DNA of 52,666 nt, taken from NCBI GenBank assembly GCA_964603585.1, contig CAZRVK010000005.1, positions 18,609 through 71,274 of the forward strand, written 5' to 3'. Shown here piece by piece: positions 8,387-15,819 of the stretch (position 1 is the first letter of the stretch; each line of letters begins with the position of its first letter). The notes under the pieces are model-generated. The model was not told where the DNA came from. It saw only the letters and a list, made by a program, of their open reading frames with translations, and did not search any database. The DNA comes from an uncultured Planctomycetales bacterium (GTDB taxonomy: Bacteria; Omnitrophota; Gorgyraeia; Gygaellales; Profunditerraquicolaceae). The position numbers and the translations under genes are program-made.

Positions 8387-9773
8387 ATGCCATGTTTTAA
8401 AAGAGTTAAGCGGTTATTTGGACAATCAGCTGAATAATGCCAAGAAGCAGCATGTTGAGGAACATCTGCGTGATTGCCGACAGTGCCAGGAAGAGCTGGC
8501 CCGGTTAAGGGCGGTTTCAGAGAGCCTTAAGGCATGGCAGGCGCCGGAAGTTAATGCGGATTTTGATGTTCGGGTAAGGAATAAGATTGTGTCCCGGGAA
8601 CTTGAAAGGGGCGCAGTTAAAATGAAAAATAAGACTTGGGCGATTTTAGTGCCATCGAGTGCAATAGCCGGGATTTTACTCTTTGTGTTCTTGGGGGGAT
8701 TTTTACAGACGTATGTAAAGCGTGGTTTTCAGGGTAATTATAAAGTTTATAATGAAAAGCCAGTCAGGGTTAACATTGACAGGGAATATGACAAAATTAC
8801 TTTTTTGGCGATGGATGGAATTAATAATTCCCGAGGGGATGGGAGTTCCTCTTACATGAAAGTTGGGTCTTCATCTCCCCAGTATCAAGTTGGGAAAGGG
8901 GAGTTTCTCAGTAATATTGATAGCGCCAATTCAAGAGTTAGCAACGGTATTTCTTCTTGGGGGAAAAGAGGGGATATTTCTTCTGTGGCTGATGGCAGCA
9001 TAGGTGCTAAACCTGCATCGGAAAGCATTAATTATGAGGTTAATCCTTACGGCCAGGGGCAAGTGATCGTTATTCAGCCGAGCCTGCCTGCAACCGGGGT
9101 AGGAGAAAAGATCATCCGTACCGCCCAGGTGCAATTGGAAGTAACTGACGGCCAGGATGTCTATAAAAAAGCCGCGCAGGTTTGCCAGGAATTAGGCGGT
9201 TATTTATCCGCATCTAATTTCTATAAAGATGCCGAAGGACGTGAAGCGGGCATGATCACAATGCGTATCCCAAAGGATAAATTCCTCACTGCCTTGGATA
9301 AGCTGGGGACTTTAGGAAAAGTCAAGAACATGAATACCGACAGCCAGGATGTGGCGCAGGAGTATTCTAATTTGCAGAGCCGGCTGGATGCGGCAATGGT
9401 GGTTTATAATAAAATGCTGGAAGCTTTGAATAAAAGGCAGGTGAATATCCCTGAAGCAATGAGGCTGGAATCAGAGCTTACTCCGGTATTGCAAAGAGTC
9501 CAGGATCTCAAGAATCAGATCGAAGCATTGAACAACGCTATCTCATTTACTACCATCAGGTTGAGTTTTTATGAGCCGCAGGTATCGGAAAAGGTACTCA
9601 AGGAAAGCACCAGGTTTATTCAGGATGGCTTGATTACTGCCAAGATCAATGCTGTTAAGTTGTTTGCTAAAGCTATACCCGCGGTGATTGTTTTAGGGTT
9701 TTGGCTGGTAGTTGCCGTGGTATTGGCATTTTTACTGAAAGCTGTGATTGTAAAGCTTTTTAAACGGGGGTAG
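8379..9773 (+). CDS. Zinc-finger anti-sigma factor with TM segment and C-terminal DUF4349-like domain
   Basis: LSGYLD..HLRDCRQC (HxxxCxxC); TM at about residues 90-110; KIIRTAQVQLEV..DV..EY coiled coil; C-terminal TM. Confidence 0.85.
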   Translation: MNKCHVLKELSGYLDNQLNNAKKQHVEEHLRDCRQCQEELARLRAVSESLKAWQAPEVNADFDVRVRNKIVSRELERGAVKMKNKTWAILVPSSAIAGILLFVFLGGFLQTYVKRGFQGNYKVYNEKPVRVNIDREYDKITFLAMDGINNSRGDGSSSYMKVGSSSPQYQVGKGEFLSNIDSANSRVSNGISSWGKRGDISSVADGSIGAKPASESINYEVNPYGQGQVIVIQPSLPATGVGEKIIRTAQVQLEVTDGQDVYKKAAQVCQELGGYLSASNFYKDAEGREAGMITMRIPKDKFLTALDKLGTLGKVKNMNTDSQDVAQEYSNLQSRLDAAMVVYNKMLEALNKRQVNIPEAMRLESELTPVLQRVQDLKNQIEALNNAISFTTIRLSFYEPQVSEKVLKESTRFIQDGLITAKINAVKLFAKAIPAVIVLGFWLVVAVVLAFLLKAVIVKLFKRG

Positions 9774-9788
9774 AGTTTATAAAAATAC

Positions 9789-9821
9789 CAGGCCAGAATG
9801 ATCTCTTGTAGTTCTGGCCTG
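9789..9821 (+). terminator. Hairpin after anti-sigma gene
   Basis: 10-bp stem caggccagaa/ttctggcctg, 13-nt loop, short T-rich tail. Confidence 0.45.
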
Positions 9822-9829
9822 ATTTCTTA

Positions 9830-10477
9830 ATGAATAATATAGCCAGGATAATCAAATTGATCGAAAAGCAGAGCCGGGGATTTATTGTTCCTTCGGTGAC
9901 GCAATTTTCCTTTAGAAATGATCCATATTTGGTGTTGATTTCTTGTATTTTAAGTCTAAGGACAAAAGATAAGACTACTATTGAGGCAAGTAACCGACTT
10001 TTTAAGGCCGCGTCTAATCCCAAAAAGATGCTTAAACTTTCTGCGGGGAAGATCGAGAAACTAATTTATCCGGTAGGTTTCTATAGGAACAAAACCAGGG
10101 TTATCCTGGGTATAAGCAGCAAGCTTATTAAAGAACATCGCGGCAAAGTTCCAGGCAATTTGGATGAGCTATTGGAATTCAAAGGAGTGGGAAGAAAAAC
10201 GGCTAATCTGGTTTTAGGGTTAGGTTTTGCTACGCCGGCAATTTGCGTAGATACTCATGTTCACCGGATATCTAACCGTTTAGGCTGGGTTAAGACTAAA
10301 ACCCCGGAAGAAACCGAGTTTGCTCTGCAAAGAATCGTACCGAAAAAATACTGGATTGAGTTAAATACCTGGTTAGTAGCTTTTGGCCAAAATCTTTGCC
10401 TGCCAGTTTCTCCTTATTGCAGCAGATGCAGGGTGAAAAGATTTTGCAAACAGATGCATGTAAAAGTATCGCGCTAA
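9830..10477 (+). CDS. nth: Endonuclease III
   Basis: LISCILSLRTKD, HhH GVGRKTANLV, CVDTHVHRISNR, C-x6-C-x2-C-x5-C Fe-S motif. Confidence 0.96.
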   Translation: MNNIARIIKLIEKQSRGFIVPSVTQFSFRNDPYLVLISCILSLRTKDKTTIEASNRLFKAASNPKKMLKLSAGKIEKLIYPVGFYRNKTRVILGISSKLIKEHRGKVPGNLDELLEFKGVGRKTANLVLGLGFATPAICVDTHVHRISNRLGWVKTKTPEETEFALQRIVPKKYWIELNTWLVAFGQNLCLPVSPYCSRCRVKRFCKQMHVKVSR

Positions 10478-10487
10478 AAAGCGCGCT

Positions 10488-10605
10488 AAAAAGGGGACGT
10501 TTCTATTTTTCCGCTTCCCCTTTTTTCCTTCTTGACCAGCTTAGGTTTCTGGCATAAAATAACTTTCGCCAGGGAAAAGCGGAAAAATAGAAACGTCCCC
10601 TTTTT
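10488..10605. repeat. GGGGACGTTTCTA inverted-repeat element, locus A (29-bp arms, 60-nt loop)
   Basis: 10488-10516 is the exact reverse complement of 10577-10605. Confidence 0.95.
10532..10560 (+). promoter_or_regulatory. Sigma70-like promoter inside loop of locus A
   Basis: TTGACC-17-TAAAAT. Confidence 0.65.
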
Positions 10606-10615
10606 TCCTATAATT

Positions 10616-10640
10616 GTAGGGGGTGGTCGTGACCGCCCCT
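10616..10640 (+). repeat. GTAG-type REP hairpin
   Basis: gtagggggtggtcgtgaccgcccct. Confidence 0.85.
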
Positions 10641-10665
10641 GTATTTCTTAGTGAAGGGATTAAAT

Positions 10666-11325
10666 ATGAATGCAATAAAAACTAAGTCGTTGGAAAATCT
10701 GGAGCACAAAATGGCGGATATGGATGAGAATTCACTTAGGTACCATATCCTTAAGAATGCCAAAGACTTTAAGACTTCATGGATAGAACTTGGCCGCGCA
10801 CTTTATACGGTTTGGAAAGATAAGTTGTATAAAGAATGGGGTTATAGTGAATTCGACATTTATACTGCCAAAGAAATCGGTATCCGCAAACAAACAGCGA
10901 TGAAGCTGTTGAAATCGTATTATTTCCTGGAAAAGGAAGAGCCGACATATTTGGCTCAAGAGCATGTAGAAATCCAGGATACGGCATCTGTCCCTAGTTT
11001 TGAATCCGTGGATGTTTTGCGCCAGGCAAAAAACAAGAAGGATCTGGATAAAGAAGATTATTCAAGGTTAAGGAAGGATGTCCTGGAAAATGGCAAGGAT
11101 GCCAGCGATGTTAAGAAGAATCTGGCGGTGATCATTCGCCAAAGGCAGGAGTTGGATCCGGAAGAAGCCTGGGAAAAGAAGAAAATATCCGTGGTAAAAA
11201 GGATGATTGGCACTTTAAAATCGTTGAAGAATGAAGTGGAGGTGGCAAAGCTTTTGCCGGCAAAGATTATCGATGAAATCGCATCCTTAATCCGTAAATT
11301 AGAAGAGGACGCCGTTAAAGTATAG
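10666..11325 (+). CDS. Conserved-looking hypothetical helical protein (possible DUF3102-like N-terminal domain)
   Basis: Long ORF; WIELGRALY..LYKEWGYSEF..EIGIRKQTAMKL resembles DUF3102-type segments; ATG 10666 with GAAGGG RBS. Confidence 0.75.
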   Translation: MNAIKTKSLENLEHKMADMDENSLRYHILKNAKDFKTSWIELGRALYTVWKDKLYKEWGYSEFDIYTAKEIGIRKQTAMKLLKSYYFLEKEEPTYLAQEHVEIQDTASVPSFESVDVLRQAKNKKDLDKEDYSRLRKDVLENGKDASDVKKNLAVIIRQRQELDPEEAWEKKKISVVKRMIGTLKSLKNEVEVAKLLPAKIIDEIASLIRKLEEDAVKV

Positions 11326-11361
11326 CTGTGTTGGCATAGGGTAGAGCAAGAAATTTAATCC

Positions 11362-11390
11362 TTGCCAAAAATGAGTAAGAATAGTAATAT
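11362..11390 (+). promoter_or_regulatory. Sigma70-like promoter
   Basis: TTGCCA-17-TAATAT upstream of lipoprotein gene. Confidence 0.55.
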
Positions 11391-11430
11391 ATATTAATTA
11401 CAAATTTGCTATATTCGGAGGGTAAGTCAA

Positions 11431-11892
11431 ATGAAAAAGATCATTTTAATGATAGCGGTTTTATCATTTGCCGCGGTTAATGCTGGGTGTCAAAATGCTA
11501 AATCCAGGGCTGCAGAAGGGGCGGTGATCGGCGGGGTGTTGGGAGCCGCAGCAGGCGGGATCATTGGCCATCAGAGCCATAGTGGTGGAGCCGGGGCAGG
11601 GATTGGGGCGGCGGTTGGCGCTTTAAGCGGAGCGGTTATTGGCGCTCAAATCGAGAAAAAACCCGCAGGCGAGAGTGCGCCAAGCCAGCCTGTTACGGTG
11701 GCAAGTACCTCTGAAGCCCAAATGTCTGTTTTACAGGTGATTGAACTGTCAAAAAGCGGGGCCACAGAGAATATTATCATTGATAAGATTAAAAAAAGCA
11801 ATTCAAAGTTTAATTTAACGCCAGAAGATGTTGATTATCTGAAAAAAGAAGGCGTAAGCCAGAATATTATTAATGCGATGCAGGGTGTTTAA
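11431..11892 (+). CDS. Glycine-zipper lipoprotein
   Basis: Lipobox NAGC; GAVIGGVLGAAAGGIIG..GAGIGAAVGALSGAVIG; small helical C-terminal domain. Confidence 0.88.
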   Translation: MKKIILMIAVLSFAAVNAGCQNAKSRAAEGAVIGGVLGAAAGGIIGHQSHSGGAGAGIGAAVGALSGAVIGAQIEKKPAGESAPSQPVTVASTSEAQMSVLQVIELSKSGATENIIIDKIKKSNSKFNLTPEDVDYLKKEGVSQNIINAMQGV

Positions 11893-11903
11893 AGGAGGAT
11901 TAA

Positions 11904-12059
11904 ATGGTTGAAAGAAGCGAGTTTAAAGGTAAGCCGGTACTTATCTTGAAAAGGAATGAAGAGGATAAATACCCCTTCTCCTTCGGTATCTCCAAAGCCC
12001 GTTTGATAATGGAGAACCTTGATGAGATAAAGAAGTTTGTCGACGAGAATAAGGAATAA
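11904..12059 (+). CDS. 51-aa small protein absent from ORF track (possible PC4-like fold)
   Basis: AAGGAGG RBS; MVERSEFKGKPVLILKRNEEDKYPFSFGISKARLIMENLDEIKKFVDENKE. Confidence 0.8.
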   Translation: MVERSEFKGKPVLILKRNEEDKYPFSFGISKARLIMENLDEIKKFVDENKE

Positions 12060-12067
12060 ATATCGCC

Positions 12068-12096
12068 TTGACTGCCGGCGGTAAATATGCTAACTT
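12068..12096 (+). promoter_or_regulatory. Sigma70-like promoter for candidate sRNA
   Basis: TTGACT-17-TAACTT with TG extension. Confidence 0.55.
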
Positions 12097-12102
12097 ATTA
12101 AT

Positions 12103-12182
12103 GAGGCGAGGGGTAAAATTACCATTGGGCAGGCAATGCCCGAGCGCGTAAGCCAAAGAAAAAATTTCCCCTTGCCTTTTTT
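12103..12182 (+). ncRNA. Candidate ~80-nt structured small RNA
   Basis: Closing stem aggcgagggg/ccccttgcct plus aaa/ttt, internal GGGCA-GGCAA-TGCCC hairpin, T-tract end, own promoter. Confidence 0.45.
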
Positions 12183-12197
12183 ATTTTCTCCCCGGAC

Positions 12198-12226
12198 TTG
12201 AAATCCTGCCAAAGCCAAGCTATACT
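12198..12226 (+). promoter_or_regulatory. Sigma70-like promoter for PilZ gene
   Basis: TTGAAA-17-TATACT. Confidence 0.65.
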
Positions 12227-12274
12227 TAATCTGTAAGCTAAGATGATTACTGTCCCTTTTAAAGGGATATACTG

Positions 12275-12317
12275 CCACGGGTGAAAATGACCAGCTCCTT
12301 TTGACCGTGGCTTTTTT
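12275..12317 (+). terminator. Leader terminator/attenuator-like hairpin
   Basis: gccacgg/ccgtggc stem, 23-nt loop, T6; lies between promoter and PilZ start. Confidence 0.55.
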
Positions 12318-12343
12318 GTTGTCCTTCGATGGGAGGTTAGCAT

Positions 12344-12733
12344 ATGAATCTTCGATATTTGGGTAATGACCGGCGCAGGTTTCAGCGGCTAAATGTCAAT
12401 CTTTCGGTTTTTTATAAGGTGGTATCTCCGCTTGCGGCCCGTTTCTTGACTATGGACCGCGAGGTCGAAGCTGTCACTTTGGATATTAGCGGAGGGGGGA
12501 TGGCTTTTTTGAGCCGGTATAATATTCCGGTTAAAGCTATATTGAATATGCGTTTTATTTTATTTAAGATGGATAAGGAAGGTTTAGTCAGTTTCAATGA
12601 TCCTGTCGAAGTAACTGCCGAGGTGCGTTCTAATGTAAGCGCGCAAAACTCCAAAGAATACCGCCTGGGGGTTTATTTTAAGGGGATAAAAGAAGAAACT
12701 AAAGCCGGCCTAACCGATTTCTGCCGGATATAA
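12344..12733 (+). CDS. PilZ-domain protein (c-di-GMP receptor)
   Basis: RRRFQR (RxxxR) and DISGGG (D/NxSxxG); GGGAGG RBS. Confidence 0.9.
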   Translation: MNLRYLGNDRRRFQRLNVNLSVFYKVVSPLAARFLTMDREVEAVTLDISGGGMAFLSRYNIPVKAILNMRFILFKMDKEGLVSFNDPVEVTAEVRSNVSAQNSKEYRLGVYFKGIKEETKAGLTDFCRI

Positions 12734-12771
12734 AAGGTTTTATAAAATAAATGGTATTTGTTTCTTTGGGG

Positions 12772-13230
12772 CTATTTAAACAGGATCTTATCGGCGGCGG
12801 TTATTTCTCCACAAAAGATCCATAATGAGGTTTGCAGGCGCTCATCTTCAAGGCGGATGATTTTGCCGTCTTTTTGGATGTTTTGCCCTTTTTCCAGGTC
12901 TTTTACTTTGTCTTTATCTTTGAAAAGAAAGATTACCTGGTAGGGTGAGTTGTTTTTGGTTTTTAGTTGTTCTGTCGTAACCTGATAGTAAGTTGCGCCA
13001 ACATCGTTTGCAGTATCGAATGAATTATATACCTGGACATTGTTTACCTGGCCGCTTGCAGAGATCTCTTTACCGGTAGAGTCCGCTGATATTTGGGCTT
13101 TTTGTAAGCTGGTCGCTTTCTGGAAATCATCTATAATGTTTTCTACCGCAAGCTGCGCAGCATAAGAGAAGCTGCTTATTAATAATGCGCATAACATAAA
13201 TAAAAACCCGCGTATCAGTTTATTTTTCAT
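12772..13230 (-). CDS. Secreted protein, possible OB-fold
   Basis: GGAGGA RBS; signal peptide ending SYA; ISASGQV..DLEKGQNI pattern reminiscent of extracytoplasmic OB folds. Confidence 0.75.
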   Translation of the reverse strand: MKNKLIRGFLFMLCALLISSFSYAAQLAVENIIDDFQKATSLQKAQISADSTGKEISASGQVNNVQVYNSFDTANDVGATYYQVTTEQLKTKNNSPYQVIFLFKDKDKVKDLEKGQNIQKDGKIIRLEDERLQTSLWIFCGEITAADKILFK

Positions 13231-13263
13231 TTGTTCCTCCTTATTATTTTTCAGTCTAATTGT

Positions 13264-13291
13264 ATTTTATCCTTCAAAAAGCAATTTGCAA
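13264..13291 (-). promoter_or_regulatory. Divergent sigma70-like promoter
   Basis: TTGCAA-16-TAAAAT on minus strand. Confidence 0.4.
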
Positions 13292-13311
13292 GTGTTTTTT
13301 TGGAAAAATGC

Positions 13312-13340
13312 TTGACAATTGTATGCGTTAAGTATATAAA
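13312..13340 (+). promoter_or_regulatory. Sigma70 promoter of efflux operon
   Basis: TTGACA-17-TATAAA. Confidence 0.75.
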
Positions 13341-13381
13341 TATATGTAATAAATATATATCTATATATGAAAAGCATACAA
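13319..13381. promoter_or_regulatory. Candidate operator: inverted half-sites TTGTATGCGTT / AAAGCATACAA
   Basis: 13319-13329 and 13371-13381 are reverse complements at 10/11 positions. Confidence 0.45.
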
Positions 13382-13396
13382 CCCGGCGTGATGCCG

Positions 13397-14986
13397 ATGA
13401 AGTTTTCCCAGAATGCGGTAAAGATACTGGGGCTTTTTTATTCCCACCCAAAAGAGCAATTCTATATTCATCAGTTAGGCCGCCTGCTAAAAAAGAAACC
13501 CGGGGTTTTTCAGCGGGTCCTGTATAATCTTGAGAAGCAAGGGGTTCTAAAAAGCCGGTTTTTAGCCAATGCCCGGTATTTTAGCCTGAATGAGAAGTAT
13601 CCGTTTTATAAGGAGCTTAAGAGTATTATTCAGAAAATGACCCCGGTCATATCCCTGGTTTTTCTTTTGAATACGTTATTAATTTCTCCGAATACCGCCT
13701 TTTGCGATAATGAAATTCTCCAGACTCTTGAACTCTCTTCTTTTTCGGAAGCGGCTAAGATAGCGCTTAAGAATAATAAAGATATCCAGATCCAGGAGCA
13801 GGCGCTGAATATAGCCAGTGCAGATATTTTGAATGCAAAAAGCGAGTTTTTGCCTAAAGTGGATTTTAACTCAAGCTATACACATAATGGCGCGGTGCTT
13901 CATTCTGGAAACTCTACTGCCGCCAAGAAGGACCCCGGGATATTTTCCGGTTTCAAGAACGATAATGCTCTGGGGATAAGCGTCAGCGAAACTGTTTATA
14001 ACGGCGGTGCAAACACTGCTCTCCTTCGCCAGGCACAGCTTGCTTTAAAAGAACAGACACAAACCCTAAGGGCTACCAGGCTCAATGTTGAACTGGAAGC
14101 AAAAAGGCTTTATTATGGCTTGTTGCTTGCTTATGAGACACGGCGTATCGCCGCTAATCTCATTCAGCAGGCCCAGAGCCATTATGAACAGATAAAGCAA
14201 AACCTCTCCCAGGGGACATCTTCGCGGTTTGATCTTCTGCAATCCAAAGTGCAGGTTTCACTTCTTATGCCTCAATTGATCAATGCCGATAATTCCATAG
14301 ATTTGATAGTAGCAGAGTTTAATAAACTTTTAGGCAGGAATGTAATGGCTAAGATTATTGTTGTCGATAAATTGAATTATGAGCCTTTTGAAATTAAAGA
14401 ATCGGATTTCTTGAAAGAGGCTTATTTGAATGAGCCGGAAATGATCTTAAGGTCACTGGGCATAGATATCAGCAAGTGGGCGGTTAAATACGCCCGTGCC
14501 GGATGGCTGCCGCAGGTTGAGGCGGGTGCGGATTATTCATACAGGTCCAATAACCTGGGGAATATGGTTAACAGTAAGCATAATAACTGGAACATTGGTT
14601 TTACTGTGCGTGTACCGATATTCGATGGGTTCTCCACTAAGGCCAAGGTAGATGCTGCCCGGGCAAAATATATGCAGTCAGTGATCGGCAAGGATAATTA
14701 CGCTGATCAGGTGGCAGTGGATGTCAGGCAGGCCTGTCTTGATCTTAAGCAGGCGAGCGCGATCATTGAATCTCAAAGGGATAATTTAGAGGATGCCAGT
14801 GAAGCATTGGAGATCTCCTACGTTCGTTACAATAATGGTGTGGGGATAAACCTGGATGTAATGGATGCCCAGGTTTCTTTGGCGAATGTGGAAAAGAACT
14901 TTGCCGAGGGTGTTTATGACTATATTATGGCAAAGGCAAAACTGGATAGGTTAATGGGCAAGGGCGGGATCGAGGAGGCCAAATGA
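13397..14986 (+). CDS. Winged-HTH::TolC-family outer-membrane efflux protein fusion
   Basis: First ~80 aa wHTH-like (FYIHQLGRLL..PGVFQRVLYNLEKQGVL..NARYFSLN); internal signal-like segment from 13637; two OEP repeats (ALKNNKDI, FLPKVDF, WLPQV, VPIFDG). Confidence 0.85.
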   Translation: MKFSQNAVKILGLFYSHPKEQFYIHQLGRLLKKKPGVFQRVLYNLEKQGVLKSRFLANARYFSLNEKYPFYKELKSIIQKMTPVISLVFLLNTLLISPNTAFCDNEILQTLELSSFSEAAKIALKNNKDIQIQEQALNIASADILNAKSEFLPKVDFNSSYTHNGAVLHSGNSTAAKKDPGIFSGFKNDNALGISVSETVYNGGANTALLRQAQLALKEQTQTLRATRLNVELEAKRLYYGLLLAYETRRIAANLIQQAQSHYEQIKQNLSQGTSSRFDLLQSKVQVSLLMPQLINADNSIDLIVAEFNKLLGRNVMAKIIVVDKLNYEPFEIKESDFLKEAYLNEPEMILRSLGIDISKWAVKYARAGWLPQVEAGADYSYRSNNLGNMVNSKHNNWNIGFTVRVPIFDGFSTKAKVDAARAKYMQSVIGKDNYADQVAVDVRQACLDLKQASAIIESQRDNLEDASEALEISYVRYNNGVGINLDVMDAQVSLANVEKNFAEGVYDYIMAKAKLDRLMGKGGIEEAK

Positions 14987-15816
14987 AAAAAAGATTGAAG
15001 TTTGTGGTTATTGCGATAGTTTTGATCGCGGCAGTTTCTGCAGCCGCTGTTTTCTTTATAAACCAGAGGAACGGCCGTAATAAACTGATCAAGGTCTCCG
15101 GCAACATAGAAGGTGATGATGTGCGTATTTCATTCCGGGTCGCCGGTCAAATCGTAGAACTTCTTACCGATGAGGGGCTGGTAGTAAAAAAAGGCGATAT
15201 TGTCGCCCGCCTGAACAAGGATGAGTTGAGTAAAACCAAGGCGGAGGCGGAGGCATCTTTAAAATACGCCGAGTATCAGTATAAACTCGATCGCGATGAT
15301 TATATTCGGGCGGAAAATCTTTTTAAGGCCGGGGCGATTTCCGAACAAAAACGCGATGCCGCTAAAACCCGCATGGATACCGATTACGCCAATATTAAAC
15401 AGCTGCGTGCTTCTCTGGAACTGGCCAATACTAAATTAGGCTGGACCGATCTTGCCAGCCCGCTTGATGGCTATATCCTGGTAAAGAGTTCTTTGGCTGG
15501 TGAGGTGGTACAGGCGGGGACACCGGTTTTTACCGCCGTTAATCTCGATGAAGTCTGGGTTACCGCTTATATCAGCGAGTCGGATTTAGGTAAGGTCAAG
15601 TTAGGCCAAAAGGCTTATGTCCAGACTGACAGTTATAAGGATAAGCGTTATAACGGCTGGATCTCATTTATCTCGAATCAGGCAGAATTCACTCCTAAAT
15701 ATATCCAGACTTCCGAGGAACGGGTCAAGTATGTTTACCGCATAAAAGTCCGGGTCGATAATTCAAGCCTGGAATTAAAACCCGGAATGCCCGCGGATGC
15801 CTATATTATTGAATAA
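14983..15816 (+). CDS. HlyD/MFP efflux adaptor (YbhG-like)
   Basis: VSGNIE, GQIVELL..EG..VKKG, SPLDG, AEFTPKYIQT, LKPGMPAD. Confidence 0.93.
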   Translation: MKKRLKFVVIAIVLIAAVSAAAVFFINQRNGRNKLIKVSGNIEGDDVRISFRVAGQIVELLTDEGLVVKKGDIVARLNKDELSKTKAEAEASLKYAEYQYKLDRDDYIRAENLFKAGAISEQKRDAAKTRMDTDYANIKQLRASLELANTKLGWTDLASPLDGYILVKSSLAGEVVQAGTPVFTAVNLDEVWVTAYISESDLGKVKLGQKAYVQTDSYKDKRYNGWISFISNQAEFTPKYIQTSEERVKYVYRIKVRVDNSSLELKPGMPADAYIIE

Positions 15817-15819
15817 CGC

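Noticed and set aside
11941-12343. Minus-strand ORFs 11941-12156, 12090-12278, 12119-12343
   Set aside because: Better explained by the plus-strand 51-aa gene, promoters and RNA structures; no coding signals.
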